Source of the DNA: Rhizophagus irregularis
Lineage: Eukaryota
Assembly (NCBI RefSeq): GCF_026210795.1
Contig: NC_089432.1
Coordinates: 806,001 to 870,000 of the forward strand
Direction of reading: 5' to 3'
Length of the DNA: 64,000 nucleotides
The notes under the pieces were generated by a model. It ran no database searches. It saw only the letters and a program-made list of their open reading frames with translations, and had not been told where the DNA came from. Below, piece by piece: positions 51,976 to 64,000 of this stretch. Both the position numbers and the translations under genes were made by a program. How positions within the stretch are numbered: the stretch's first letter is position 1; every line of letters starts with the position of its first letter.

Positions 51976-52559
51976 TGTAAACAATAATTTTACATGTGAA
52001 CGGATTGAAAGTTTACGAAATACAGCATATTTATATATTTTGATGTAGTACTGCAGTACTATAAGTGGAAATTAAATTTTTGTCATCATGATATTCGATA
52101 TACAAAAATTGACCACATAATGATTCTATGGATGAGTAATTATATAAACATCACTGTTTTAGTAAGCATTGTTTCAACTAAATACAAAAAAAAAAATAAA
52201 CCGTTTATTCGTTTGCAACTCTCATAAAGAAATCCGGAAACAAATGAATAAATTACTGATCAAACGCACACTTAGTCAATCTGTTTGAAAAAACTAGTTA
52301 CAATTTGAATTCTATTTATAATGTACACTTAATTTTCATCTTTATTTATTTGTGTAATTAGTAATTTAGAAATTTACATAATTTACATTTAATATCTTAA
52401 AACATCCCCATTATTTTTATATGAAAAAAAATAAAAAATAAATAGTGAATAAAATAGATAACTAAAAGTTTCATCACTGCAGTACATTATTTTTTAGGCG
52501 CTTTCAAAATTCGAGTGATAACTGCTCTATCATTTTTGGTTGCGAGCAAAGTAAGAATT

Positions 52560-53450
52560 ATTCAAAAAAGTTCAATATAACTAATTTTTATATTATTGTT
52601 TTAGCTCCTTAATGTGCAAGTCCCATTTTTTTTTAATGTCAACTCCTAAGTCGCAATTTGGAACAGTGTGGACAATTGTCAGAGAAATGATAATCGGATG
52701 CGAGTGTAAGTGTGTAACAAATGAATATCTTACAGTATATTGACCATGTCACCATCACAAAATTCAGCTGCAGCTATTCTAGAATTATGAAAAGATATTT
52801 CGATGTGAACGGAAAATATGAAACCATATTCGAACGGCATTATTGGAGAACTTAATAAACTTAACGTTAATAACAGCACAAAATAATAATCAAAGAAATC
52901 AAGATAAAATTATAAAAATAAAACCGTTCCTTTTCCAGATGTTTAATATGTAATTTATTTCTTTGATTTCTTTGAAAGTTTTTTAATCCTTCTGGAGGAT
53001 TATTTAATACCGAGCTTTACAAAATATGCAATGATAAGGGAACGCGGAATGATGGAAGAAGTGTGGGAGAGGTTTTATTTAAACGTAAGGAAAATAATTT
53101 GGTTAACAAGATGCGATAAAATTAATGAGATAGAAAAAAGCAAAGGATAACAAAATTAGATAAGAAACGCAAACGTCAAATTTTATCATCTGCTAGTGAC
53201 GAAGAGGGACTAAGACACAAAAAATAGAAAATCAAAGAAAAAATATGAAAATAATTAATAAAAGAATAAAAAAAGAAATTATAATGGAAAATATGGTTGG
53301 TAATAGCTTACTCATTAATAGACCTTATCAAGGTACATGGGATTTTGTCCATAGACCGGAATTGTATAATTTATAGTATTCATTAATATTAGATTAACAA
53401 TAGCATATTAGTATAGTTTAGTATAGTTTAAGTATTAATTTTTATTAGTA
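52560..53450 (+). mobile_element. Probable degraded 3' end of a LINE-like element
   Basis: Fragmentary Cys-containing and RKIIWLTRCDKINEIEK...KKRKR peptides with stops and frameshifts. Confidence 0.4.
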
Positions 53451-53723
53451 TTTCCATAAATAATATGGAGTTAGTAGATAGTATTTATACGAGTATATAG
53501 TAAATTAGTACTGTACAGTAATACAAATTAGTACGGACGCGTACTCAAACGGACCTTTAAAAATAAATTTATACTAATATTTTACATTGTAACATCATGT
53601 GATCAAATTTTTGAGATAAATATGTTGTACACAATATTTGAGTAATATAATAATTGTGTAATGATCAATCTGATTAATTTATAAATTTGTAATATAATGA
53701 TTTTAACGTTCTGTCATCGTAAA

Positions 53724-54642
53724 ATAATTTTTTCTGACTAGGACATAAAATTATAAGTTTAGCAGAAAAATCAAAAATATTCGAGGAATATACAACCCTA
53801 AACGATAATTTTAAACAAAGATTGGAGAACGAAAATCGCTACCAAGACGAAAAGAAGACCGGAGAGAAGAGACCAATACTAGAATCGCCGAGTAAATGGA
53901 GTGACATAGAAGACGAAGAAGAGAGAAACAAAGCTTTCACAGCAATGTATAAGGAACAAAGGCAACGAGAGCAACTTTTACCCTCTTCGCCTTCAGAAAC
54001 ATATGGATGTAGCGAAGAAATAGAAGGAGATGAAGAAAAAGAAGACGGAATTACCAAAACATCACCATCAAAGAAACAAAGCGGCATAAAGAAGAAGAAA
54101 AAGGGAAACAAGAAGAAATAAACGAAACGAAGGAGAAGTAAGAAGAGGGCGGAACTATACTTCTAATCGAAGTCACGTGATTCACGTAAAAAATTTTTTC
54201 CGATAAAAAAGAAAATCGAATATAGCTCCTTCCATCTTGTAGAATGTAGGATAGAATACTAACTTTTTTTTTGTAGGATAAGGAAGATTTGGTGGAATAA
54301 AACAAGTTGAGTGTGGGTACATTGGGACCCTCCTTGGGAACTGCCATATAGGCAGACTCGACTTTATTACATATTTCATCCTTTTTTCCTACACATTAAA
54401 TTAGATCATAAATAGTTAGGTTTCGATAAATAGATAGTTTGCTATTATTTTGTATACCGGTATAGTATTTATTTTATATTATTTTTTGTAATGTATCTTA
54501 TAGTTATAGTTCGATAAATACTCTGTTATAGGGTTGACACGTGATTGTCACGGCCGGCTCTAGGTATCTTTACTATTAGAGTAGTATATATTTTATGTCA
54601 AATTCTAATAAAGATGCGTTACAGTTTAAAAAAAAAAAAAAA
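53724..54642 (+). mobile_element. Retroposed insertion (5'-truncated LINE or SINE-like) with poly(A) tail and 16-bp TSD
   Basis: GTTCTGTCATCGTAAA at 53708-53723 and 54643-54658; AATAAA near 54607; A15 at 54628-54642. Confidence 0.85.
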
Positions 54643-55739
54643 GTTCTGTCATCGTAAATATCTCTTTTAATTTTTTACTTCTTTGAAGAAGAAAAATAAT
54701 TGGAAATATGGATATTTATAATATATCCGATGTTGAAGATTATCCATTTGAGCTAGTAAATCCTGAATTTGAACAGGTTTTTATATTAAAAAATAATTAT
54801 GTATTATGACTTTTTTAAAGTATTTCTTGTACTAATTTTTTTGTAAATGCTAAATATGGTTGTCTAATTTATATAAAAATAAAATATGATAAAGAATTGA
54901 AAAAATCGAATATAAATAAACCAATAAAATTTAGTTTTAATGGTCAGTTTTATTATTATGGATCTGAATATTTTAAAGGAATGAAAATTTATTAGCTTAT
55001 CTTCAAAGAATTTTTTTAATTTTATAATTTAACATTCAATTTTATAATTAGTAAGATATTTTGTTAAAAACAATATTCGAAGTTCAAAAATACAAAAATG
55101 CAAAGTCGTGAAAACTCTAATTAGTACAAAAATTTCAAAACTTTCGTACGTATTAGTATAAAAAAATTGATTAGCTGTAAATGTACGTACGAACAAAAAA
55201 AATACACATACGTACTAATTGGTTTAATTTATAAATTATACAATACAATAAAAGAATGCGTGTCACTAACAAAAAAAAAAAAAAAAAAAAAGTTTTTTAA
55301 TCCTTCTAGAACATGCTCATTTCTTTTTCCATAAATTTTATTCTAATAAACCAAATCTTTAATTTGCCTTATATTCTTTTATAATATATTTAACATAAGC
55401 AATTTGCAAAATTTAATAAGTAAGATATACGATTTAAATTGACATGAAATTATTTTATAATTGTTGATATAATCAAGATTTGTTTTTTTTTCTTTACTTG
55501 TATTATTCTCTTTATTATACATCATTCTATCATAGTGGTGCTTAAATCAACAAATGATCAGCGCACATTTACGTATCTTAATTCTGGTCGGAGACTATAA
55601 TGCCAGTAGATGATTTAAGGTGTCACAAAACTCTAGCAGAGTCTGGCTGGAATTATCCAAAAAAAGTAATGATCTACAATCCATTTTGCGCAAACTCAAC
55701 TTCCTAAGTAAAACTTACAACAACTTTAGAATACTTTAT

Positions 55740-58700
55740 TTATTAGGAATTTGACTTTTATGCGGGATGCATAAATTGCATCCCATGCATAGTAATTCTG
55801 ATATACATGGGTATTTAAATTATTTAATAAATACATCATAATTGTCTCATGCGCAGCTTTTTTTGATACGCGTCTAAATTTAGACTTTTTTATTTCACAT
55901 GATCATGTGTTTAAATTATATTTTACTTTTTTTTCCCAACGATTATCATCTTTCCTCTTCCCCTCTCTTCCTCTCTTCCTATCTCCCCTCTTCTTCTCTA
56001 GTCTCTCCTCTCAACCTCTTTCTCCCACTTATAAATTTTATTACAACTAAAATGAGTGACTCCGAATTTATGTCAAGCGATGATGAAATTTTCGATGAGG
56101 CTTTTGATAATGATTTTATTGAAAATATTCCTAACGACAGTGACTCTGATGGTGAAGATAATGGCGGTTCCTCCAATGAAACTCTGAAATTGGAAGTTGG
56201 GATGGCTTTTCTCACCTGGAAGATTGCATTTAACCACATCAAGCAATGGGCTCACCAACAGGGCTTTGGCATACGCAAAGGAAGATCAGAAAAAATAGAA
56301 TCTAAATTAAGAAAACAAACAATTGTATGTTTCTGTGAAGGGGTTTATAATAATCAATCAAAAAAAACTAACAAACCATCAAAAACACATCGCACAAACT
56401 GCAAATGGCATGTTAATCTTTTTCGGCCAACAAAAAATAACCAAAACTCTATGATTTTCATTACTACAATTGTTGATGAACATTCTGGACACAGTTTGGA
56501 TCCTTGTGCACGTCGATTTGAAGCAGATAAAGCTTTTACAAAACCAATGTTAGATGATATTGAATGGATGTATGTGCATGGTCATTTAAAGCCATTAGCA
56601 ATTAAACGAATGTTGAAGGCTAAATATAAACGTAAAGTTTATAACAAGGATCTTTATAAAATAATTTACAAGTACCATCGCAATATTGATCAATTAGGCA
56701 ATGATGTTTCACAACTTTTTGAGTATCTTGAAAAATGTAAGGAAGATGATCCACGTTGGATAATTTATAAAGATTGGGACCGTGAAACCAACACACTGAC
56801 GAAACTTTTTTGGATGAATCCTGATCAATTAGAAACTTGGTATCGCTATAATGATGTAATTCTTAATGATAATACTTCAAAAACAAATCGTTATGAAATG
56901 TCTCTTTCTTTTTTTGTAGCAATAGACAATAGTATGAAATCTCGAATTGTAGCACAAGCATTGATGGATCGTGAAACAAAGGATGCGTACGCTTGGGTTT
57001 TGCAATGTACAATTGATGCAACAGGAATTATTCCAAAAGTATTCATAACAGATGCTGATCCTGGTATGGATCTAGCTATTCGGTTAAAATATTCATCCAC
57101 ATTTCCTATTCATTGTATCTGGCATATTGGACAGAATTTACCTTTACGTCTTAAGTCAAAGCTTGGTGGTTTATTTGACCAATTTAAAAAAGATTTTTAT
57201 GAATGTAGGAATAGTTTGAAACAAGAAATATTTGAACATCGTTGGGCAAATTTACTTATTAACTATCCAAATGCTGCTAATTATCTTGAAAAGTTTCTTT
57301 ATCCTTCTAAATGTTCTTTGGCTCGAGCATTTAGTGTCATGATTTTTACAATAGATATTCAAACAACATCACGTTGTGAATCTGTTAATGCCACATTTAA
57401 AAATCTCTTACAAAATTCAAATAATACACTTGTAGATATATTTTTTACTATTGAAGAGCGGTTAGAAGAAGAGTAAGATAATACTGATTATTTAAATTGG
57501 CAGAACTCTCTTACAACAATTCAATCCAGTACAATAGCTTCTAATGCTTTTACTGATGTAATTAACGAACTCAAGGATTTTACAACTCCTTCAATTCAAA
57601 AAATTCATAATAATGAAATGGAATTGGCATTTAGTTATGACGCTAGACCTTTGGATCAATCTTATATTAATAATGAAGATTCTCATGTATGATGTTAATT
57701 ATTAAGTTCATTTATTTTTCAGATTGATATGTAACAAATTTTAACTCTTTTTTAGGATTTATTATTTGCTAATGATTTTATTGAAAAACAAGAAGTACGG
57801 CAACTTTCCTTTCAGCAACTTTTACTATCATGTGACCAGAAAGAAATTAAAAGTCTTTGGGGCGTTAGCTATTTAACCTCTTCCGATACACACCATTTAG
57901 TCATTTTATTAGATAATGGGATGTATAAATGTTCGTGTATGTCTCTGATTAATCGTGGTACTGTTTGTAGGCATTATTTCTGTGTAATGTTACGAACATC
58001 TCAAGCTCAATTCCATATTGGATTCCTTAATCCGCGGTGGTTTGTTGAAACTTCTCCAGATCTTAGGAGTCGTCCATTCTGTCCTGCTTCGAAGTTTAAA
58101 ATGGATTTGGTTATTCCATATTTAGAATCTAATAATCCTCCTAATTTTCTTCATTCAATAAATGAAAATATTTTGAATAGAAATAATCCGTATGTCACTC
58201 TTAGTAAGCAAAAGTTATATTATATGAATATTAAAGGTTTGTCTAAACAAACAAGTTGTGTTGCTTGCAAAACTTGTGATGAATCTTTTGTTACATTACT
58301 TGAGGATTATATTACCAAGAAAAATCATGAAGCATTGGAGTTGGCGCAACTTGGATCATTAAACAATCGATCTCAAGATTTGATTAATTTAGAACCTGAT
58401 CAGGAAAATGCTGAACAACTTGGAAATCCTATAATTTGGCGGCCTAAGGGAAGACCTCCGGGAGTTGCAAGGTACAAAAATCCTTTAGAGGAATCATCTA
58501 AACCTAACGAAGGTACCTGTAAAAGAAAAAATCAACAAAATAAATGTAGTTTGTGTAATAATGTTGGACATAATCGTACAACTTGTCCTTCAAATCCAAA
58601 TGGAAAGAAAAGGAAAACATCATTGTAATTTAATGGCTCCCTTCGGTCGCCTGTTTGCATTTTAATAGTATTTTAATAGTATGAGCTTATCTTTGATACT

Positions 58701-58915
58701 TTTTCGGCATATAATTTAATTAATAGAAAAAATAATTTTTTTATGTAATAGAAGGGATGCGTACAGAAATACATATGCATTGTTTTATTTTTAGAAAATT
58801 TATTTAAATTTTTTTACCAGTGCGTAAAATATTCAAAAATCGAAAATTTTATATATAATATATGCACCCTACAATTTATGCAGGTGCGTAGAAAATAAAA
58901 ACCTTATTTATTAAC
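55740..58915. mobile_element. Approximate extent of the MULE element (degenerate TIRs)
   Basis: TGCATAAATTG...TGCATA near 55770-55790 is mirrored by TATGCA...CAATTTATGCA at 58861-58882; the ends are not resolved. Confidence 0.4.
56052..58628 (+). pseudogene. Mutator-like (MULE/FAR1) transposase with SWIM and C-terminal CCHC knuckle; one in-frame stop at 57474-57476; intron 57687-57755
   Basis: FAR1-like region, ND(N)TSKTNRY, FITDAD, HCIWH, TTSRCES, CSC..CRH and CSLCNNVGHNRTTC. The frame continues cleanly past the TAA and across a GT-AG intron into the 57921 ORF. Confidence 0.85.
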
Positions 58916-59283
58916 TCCATGTGATAAATTATAAACATCTGATATATCCATTTTTTTTGAATATTGGACGAATTTTACTATAGGAAAAATTTCATACAGC
59001 TATATTCTATAAAATTTGTAATAACACAATCTACAAAAAGTCATATTGAAAGGCTATAATAATTCATGGAGATTTGTTTCTCTATTCAATCTAATAATGG
59101 GCTAATCAGAAGAATTTTGGTATCCATTAGACCAGCTCAGAACTATAGAGCTATAAATAATTAATTGTTTTTAGTTAAAACCAAATGTGAAAAAAATTCT
59201 TTGTTTCTTATTATCAAATTTATTTAAATATAATGAACTTATTAATAATAGACTACCACATAACATTACATAATTAAAAATAT

Positions 59284-60304
59284 TTAATTCAATTTTTCTA
59301 AAAGTTCTGCTAATTTTGCATGAGCATATCCATGTCCTTGTTCAGCAGATTTTTTATACCAATAAATTGCTTGGTTTATATCTTTTTCAGTATCACTTCC
59401 ATATTCATACATCAGAGCAAGATTATATTGAGAAAAATCATTTCCCGAATTTGCCGCTTTTTGATATAATTCAAATGCTTTATGGTTATCAACGTCAGTT
59501 CCAACTCCATTTTTATAACAACATCCCAGACTATTCATTCCATTTATATTCCCTAAATCTGCTGCTTTTTGATATAACTCAAATGCCATTTTTTCATTAA
59601 TAATAGTTCCATAACCACATTCAAAACACCACCCTAAGTTATTTATTCCATGTGAATTTCCTAAATCAGCTGCTTTATGATATAACTCAAATGCTTTTTG
59701 CTTGTTGACTTCAGTTCCAATTCCAATATCATAACAATACCCTAACCTATTTATTGCATTCGGGTTGTTTTTTTCTGCTAGCTTTTTAGATAATTCAAAA
59801 GCTTTATTTTGGTTATTTTCAATCCATTTTTCATGAATACACATATTAGCAAGATCTAATTGTGCTGCAATATTTTCAAATCTGCTGCCTTTTGATATAG
59901 TTCATATGCTTTATGCTTACTTTTATTGGTTGCAATTCCATAATAATTAAAATATCCAAGCAAAAAAATGGAATTGAATGATATTGGTTATTTAAAAGCC
60001 AGTTATAGATTTCTTGTAAAATAATTTTATGATTATTAATATAAGTAATAATATGATTTTTCCTTTCTTTAGCTGAACACCCTTTATTTAATTCATTTAA
60101 AGTGAGATTATTCAATTCATCAACCACGATGCTTAAATCTTCTTCATATATACTTTCATTAATATTTTGTATCGTAGGTTTTATTTCCTTTATTTCTATT
60201 TTATTAAAATTTTGAATAATTTGAGTTAATAGTCCAAATGATGAATTATATTTGTTTGATACATTCTCATTATTTGAATTATTGGAAACATTTATTTCAG
60301 TCAT
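59284..60304 (-). pseudogene. Kinase-less Sel1-repeat paralog with two 1-nt deletions (about 59975 and 59877); pseudogene or sequencing error
   Basis: Relative to the paralog consensus YHSNSIYLLGYF and DLENIAAQL, one A and one G are missing; restoring them joins both track ORFs. Confidence 0.75.
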
Positions 60305-60534
60305 TGTGAATACAATTTTACTGTTAGGTAAAGCGAAAAAAAATTTCATGCATCAGCTTGCTTTGTATTTATATTGCTTATATTGTATACAGTAGTACTG
60401 TACTGTAGCACTATAATTAATTAGTTTAGTTACTGTGGATCAGCCTTTTGTTACATTTTTGTTATTTTGTGGCACCATAATCTATTAACGGCCATTTTTA
60501 ATGATATAAATAATATTCCATTTGTCATTTAAAC

Positions 60535-60811
60535 CAGCGTTCGGAAATGACTGGTCATTTGACCATTTAAAAATCATTTGTTATTATTCATAATAATTTG
60601 TCATTTAGTGATTGGCTAATATTTATCACAAAATAATCATGTGACTATAATTAAAAAAAATAATGAATGTAGTGTAGGCAAAAATTATAATGTTGGCCAA
60701 AATTACATTCAAATGACCAAGATCATTTGTCATTTGAACATTGAAATGACGTGTTATTTGTCATCTGTCATTTGAATCATTTGGTCATTTCAAGTCATTT
60801 GCCGAACACTG
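60535..60811. mobile_element. MITE (hAT-like CAG...CTG termini)
   Basis: CAGCGTTCGGAAATGACT versus AGTCATTTGCCGAACACTG; internal GTCATTT repeats. Confidence 0.7.
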
Positions 60812-60925
60812 GTTTGAATCGTTTAATGTTTAACATTGAATTGTTAAAAAAAAAATCTTTATTTATTACCTAAGTACTTAAAATACATTTAAATATTTAA
60901 ATATAAAGAATTTATTAATACCATA

Positions 60926-61909
60926 TTACAAGATTAATAAAAGATCATTTAATTTTTTTTGTGCATAACTATGCCCTTGTTCAAGAGATTTCTTATACCA
61001 ATAAATTGCTTTAGTTATATCTTTTTTAGTCTCAATTCCTTTTTCATATAACGAAGCAAGGTTAAATTGAGCATAATGATTTTCCAAATTTGCTGCCTTT
61101 TGATATAATTCAAATGCTTTTTTAATATCAATATCAGTTCCAACTCCATTTTCATAACAATATCCTAGGCTATTCATTCCGTTCGCATTTCCTAAGTCCG
61201 CTGCTTTTTGGTATAACTCAAATGCTTTTTTAATATCAATATCAGTTCCAACTCCATTTTCATAGCACGTCCCCATATTATCTATTCCATTCGAATTTCC
61301 TAAATATGCTGCTTTTTGATATAATTCAAATGCTTTTTGCTTGTTGACTTCAATTCCAATTCCACGATCATAACAAAATCCTAATCTATTCATTGCATTC
61401 GGATTACCTTTTTCTGTCAACTTTTTAGATAATTCAAAAGCTTTAGTATAATTTTGTTCACCACCTACTCCATTTATATACATAATAGCAAGATCCAATT
61501 GAGCCACAATATTTTCTAACTTTGTTGCAATTTGATATAATTTAGACGCTTTTTGTTTATTATTATCGGTTACAATACCATGATAATTAAAATATCCAAA
61601 TAAATAAATGGAATTTGAATGATATTGATTATTTAAAAGCCAATTATAAATTTCTTGTAAAATTATATTATGTTCATTAATATAATTAAGAATACGTTTT
61701 TTTCTTACAATACTTTCATTTCCTTTATTTAAATCATTAAAAGTAAGATTAATCAATTCATCTACTACAATGCTTAAATCTTCTTCATATATATTTTCAT
61801 TTATATTTTGAATTGTAGGTTTTATTTCATTTATATCTACTTTATCAAAATTTTGAATAATTTTATTTGACTCTTCATGTAAAGAAATATAAGTGTTTGA
61901 TATATTCAT
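60926..61909 (-). CDS. Kinase-less Sel1-repeat protein, 327 aa
   Basis: Intact ORF, family N-terminal motif, about 6 SLR units including a recent near-identical pair. Confidence 0.9.
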   Translation of the reverse strand: MNISNTYISLHEESNKIIQNFDKVDINEIKPTIQNINENIYEEDLSIVVDELINLTFNDLNKGNESIVRKKRILNYINEHNIILQEIYNWLLNNQYHSNSIYLFGYFNYHGIVTDNNKQKASKLYQIATKLENIVAQLDLAIMYINGVGGEQNYTKAFELSKKLTEKGNPNAMNRLGFCYDRGIGIEVNKQKAFELYQKAAYLGNSNGIDNMGTCYENGVGTDIDIKKAFELYQKAADLGNANGMNSLGYCYENGVGTDIDIKKAFELYQKAANLENHYAQFNLASLYEKGIETKKDITKAIYWYKKSLEQGHSYAQKKLNDLLLIL

Positions 61910-62393
61910 ATTATTTGAATTTTATGACTTTTTATGAATAACAATAACAATATTTCACTGCGTCTTTATTTATTTTAGTATACCGTAGTACAGTAGTACA
62001 GTCATACAGGACGGGTAGTGCAACAATAATTGGATTTGCAGATCAAATTTTCTGTCTGCAGTTAATGAAGTTAATGAACCAATAAATTCATTTATCGTTC
62101 AGCCTAATGAGTTCATGCAGATTTACAATAGACTATAACTATATTTTATTAAGCATAACAATAATACAGGGTTACACATAATTGACGTATGTATCCCGTC
62201 ACAGGGCCTTTCATTGGTAATCATGATACTTCTCATCAAATAATATATATATTTTTAAGAGGATATTTAATAGTTTGTATTTTTTACAATAATAACTTAT
62301 TTATTGAACAACGGAGTAATATGGTGACCACTAGAGCTAGCCAAAGTTAAGCATATTACGAAGCTTAGAGTACGGTAGTTCAGTAAAGATATC

Positions 62394-62594
62394 TTACCCA
62401 GTATCACCGACACTTTTTTCACCCCACGTGATTTTGTAATATTCATCACCGGCATCACACCCCATCGCGTTTTCACTGTTTATATTTATCTGAGGGACTT
62501 AGCCTCGCAAAATTATTTTTTCACGTCCCTTTAAATGTCACCGGTCACGTGGGGTGGAATTTTAATTATAAAAGTGTCGGTGATACTGGGTAAA
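62394..62594. mobile_element. MITE with ~24-bp perfect TIR
   Basis: TTACCCAGTATCACCGACACTTTT versus AAAAGTGTCGGTGATACTGGGTAA. Confidence 0.8.
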
Positions 62595-62604
62595 TAGTAA
62601 AGAC

Positions 62605-62970
62605 ACTTACCGCAAGTACCGATGTGGTTGATTTTGTGCACTTGTAATTTTTTACACTCTGGTGGATGGTTATCTTCTGTCCGGCACCCTAGTAGTTTTG
62701 AGTTAGATATAGATAATTTTTCTTTTTCATGTAATTTTAATTTTAATTTTTTTAGTTCTTCTTTTGCATTTGATAGCCCGTTTTAGACTCCAGGTTATGC
62801 TTGATTGTTCTATAGAATAATGGGCAAGACGACCCCTTCAGGCTCCTCCTGAGAGGTTGGGTAGAACACTAGCTTAGAATTTATTGATCTTTTAGACCAT
62901 GTTTATTCCTATTTAGCGTTCGACCCCAGTCGAGTCTATATCTTAAAAATAAAATAAAAAAATAAAAAAT
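62605..62970 (+). mobile_element. Possible short retroposed element with A-rich tail
   Basis: Higher-GC segment ending in AAAATAAAATAAAAAATAAAAAAT, flanked by ATAGTAAAGA on both sides. Confidence 0.45.
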
Positions 62971-64000
62971 AGTAAAGATGCGGCAGTCACATGATTGTTT
63001 GGCACAGAAATCAGATGATTATTGGCGCAGCAACGCACAGTGATCGACAAATTAGTACAAACACACAATTGTTTGCACGAAATGTTCAAGTGATGTAAAT
63101 AAAATAATATTTATTAACTTGATTGGAAACAAACGTAGATAATGGAGGAAATGATAGATCAGTTTATAATGTTAATAGTTAAAGAAAAATGAATTATATT
63201 GATAAAATTCTTTAACATTAGGAACATTTATTTTTAGAAAAAAGGATCATTGCAAATTATAAGTCATAAATCAAAATATTTGTAAAATTTTATAAAAATG
63301 ATGTAACTATATTAAAGAATTATAAGTGCCTTAGTTTAAAATGATTTAGTTCAGCCTTGGCCATCATGAAAAATAAAATTATTGTTAAAAGAGCTTTGCT
63401 CAATTATTAAAGAGTAATTATTGTTAATTAAAAATTATAAAGTTTAATAATGGAAAAATTCACTTATCGTCAATTGAAAATTGTAATGGGATAATAAAGT
63501 GGTTGTTTAATGAAAAAGTCCTTAGTAAACTGTGATAAACCAAGTACGATTAATGTCGTATTTGAAATGTACTGAGAGAGGGCAACTGGTCACTGGTTCA
63601 TCAGGCTCTCAGTTACAATGGTATCAATTATAAGCAAACTTTATTTGCTAACATTATATTTTTAATAAACTTGCAATTTTATTCATTAATTATAAGTAAA
63701 TCAATTTTATATTAATCTTTTACTCAATTATAATTAAAGATTGCTGAAGAAACGAACTAGAGGCTTGGCAAGTTGGCATAATGCTGAAAAGGTGAAACTT
63801 GGTGAAACCATGATGAACTCTTATTAAAATATTAGCAAACCTAATCAAATGTTAAAACTGCTGAAACTATATTAAACCTATATTAAAAACTTGATGGAAT
63901 TAATCATAAAATTTCGGAGGGATATAATAATCATTGTAGAAATCAACTAAATTCACAGATGCATAAATTCCACCTTTAACATAATTGCACACATAAAAAG

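Overview
Very AT-rich eukaryotic DNA with short GT-AG introns. The gene content (Sel1/SLR-repeat proteins, non-RD HCDLH kinases, MULE/hAT/LINE debris) resembles an arbuscular mycorrhizal fungus (Glomeromycotina, Rhizophagus-like); this assignment is inference. The window holds a Sel1-array/kinase gene (1805-6399, -), a kinase/Sel1 gene (31622-33877, +), eight kinase-less Sel1 paralogs (one partial, one frameshifted) and many MITEs and transposon remnants. Main observation: the ORF-less 12 kb at 17.8-29.2 kb is, on the minus strand, an array of about 95 canonical AG|exon|GT microexons (about 90 of 3 nt, three of 6 nt, one of 9 nt, one of 1 nt) separated by roughly 70-120 nt introns. Spliced by hand behind two short 5' exons (ATG at 29489), they give a stop-free ~100-codon segment with two predicted transmembrane helices flanked by basic residues, fused in frame to the kinase at 16.5-17.7 kb. 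This suggests a membrane-anchored kinase whose membrane region is encoded about one codon per exon and grows by exact exon+intron tandem duplication. All splicing models are manual and need transcript confirmation.
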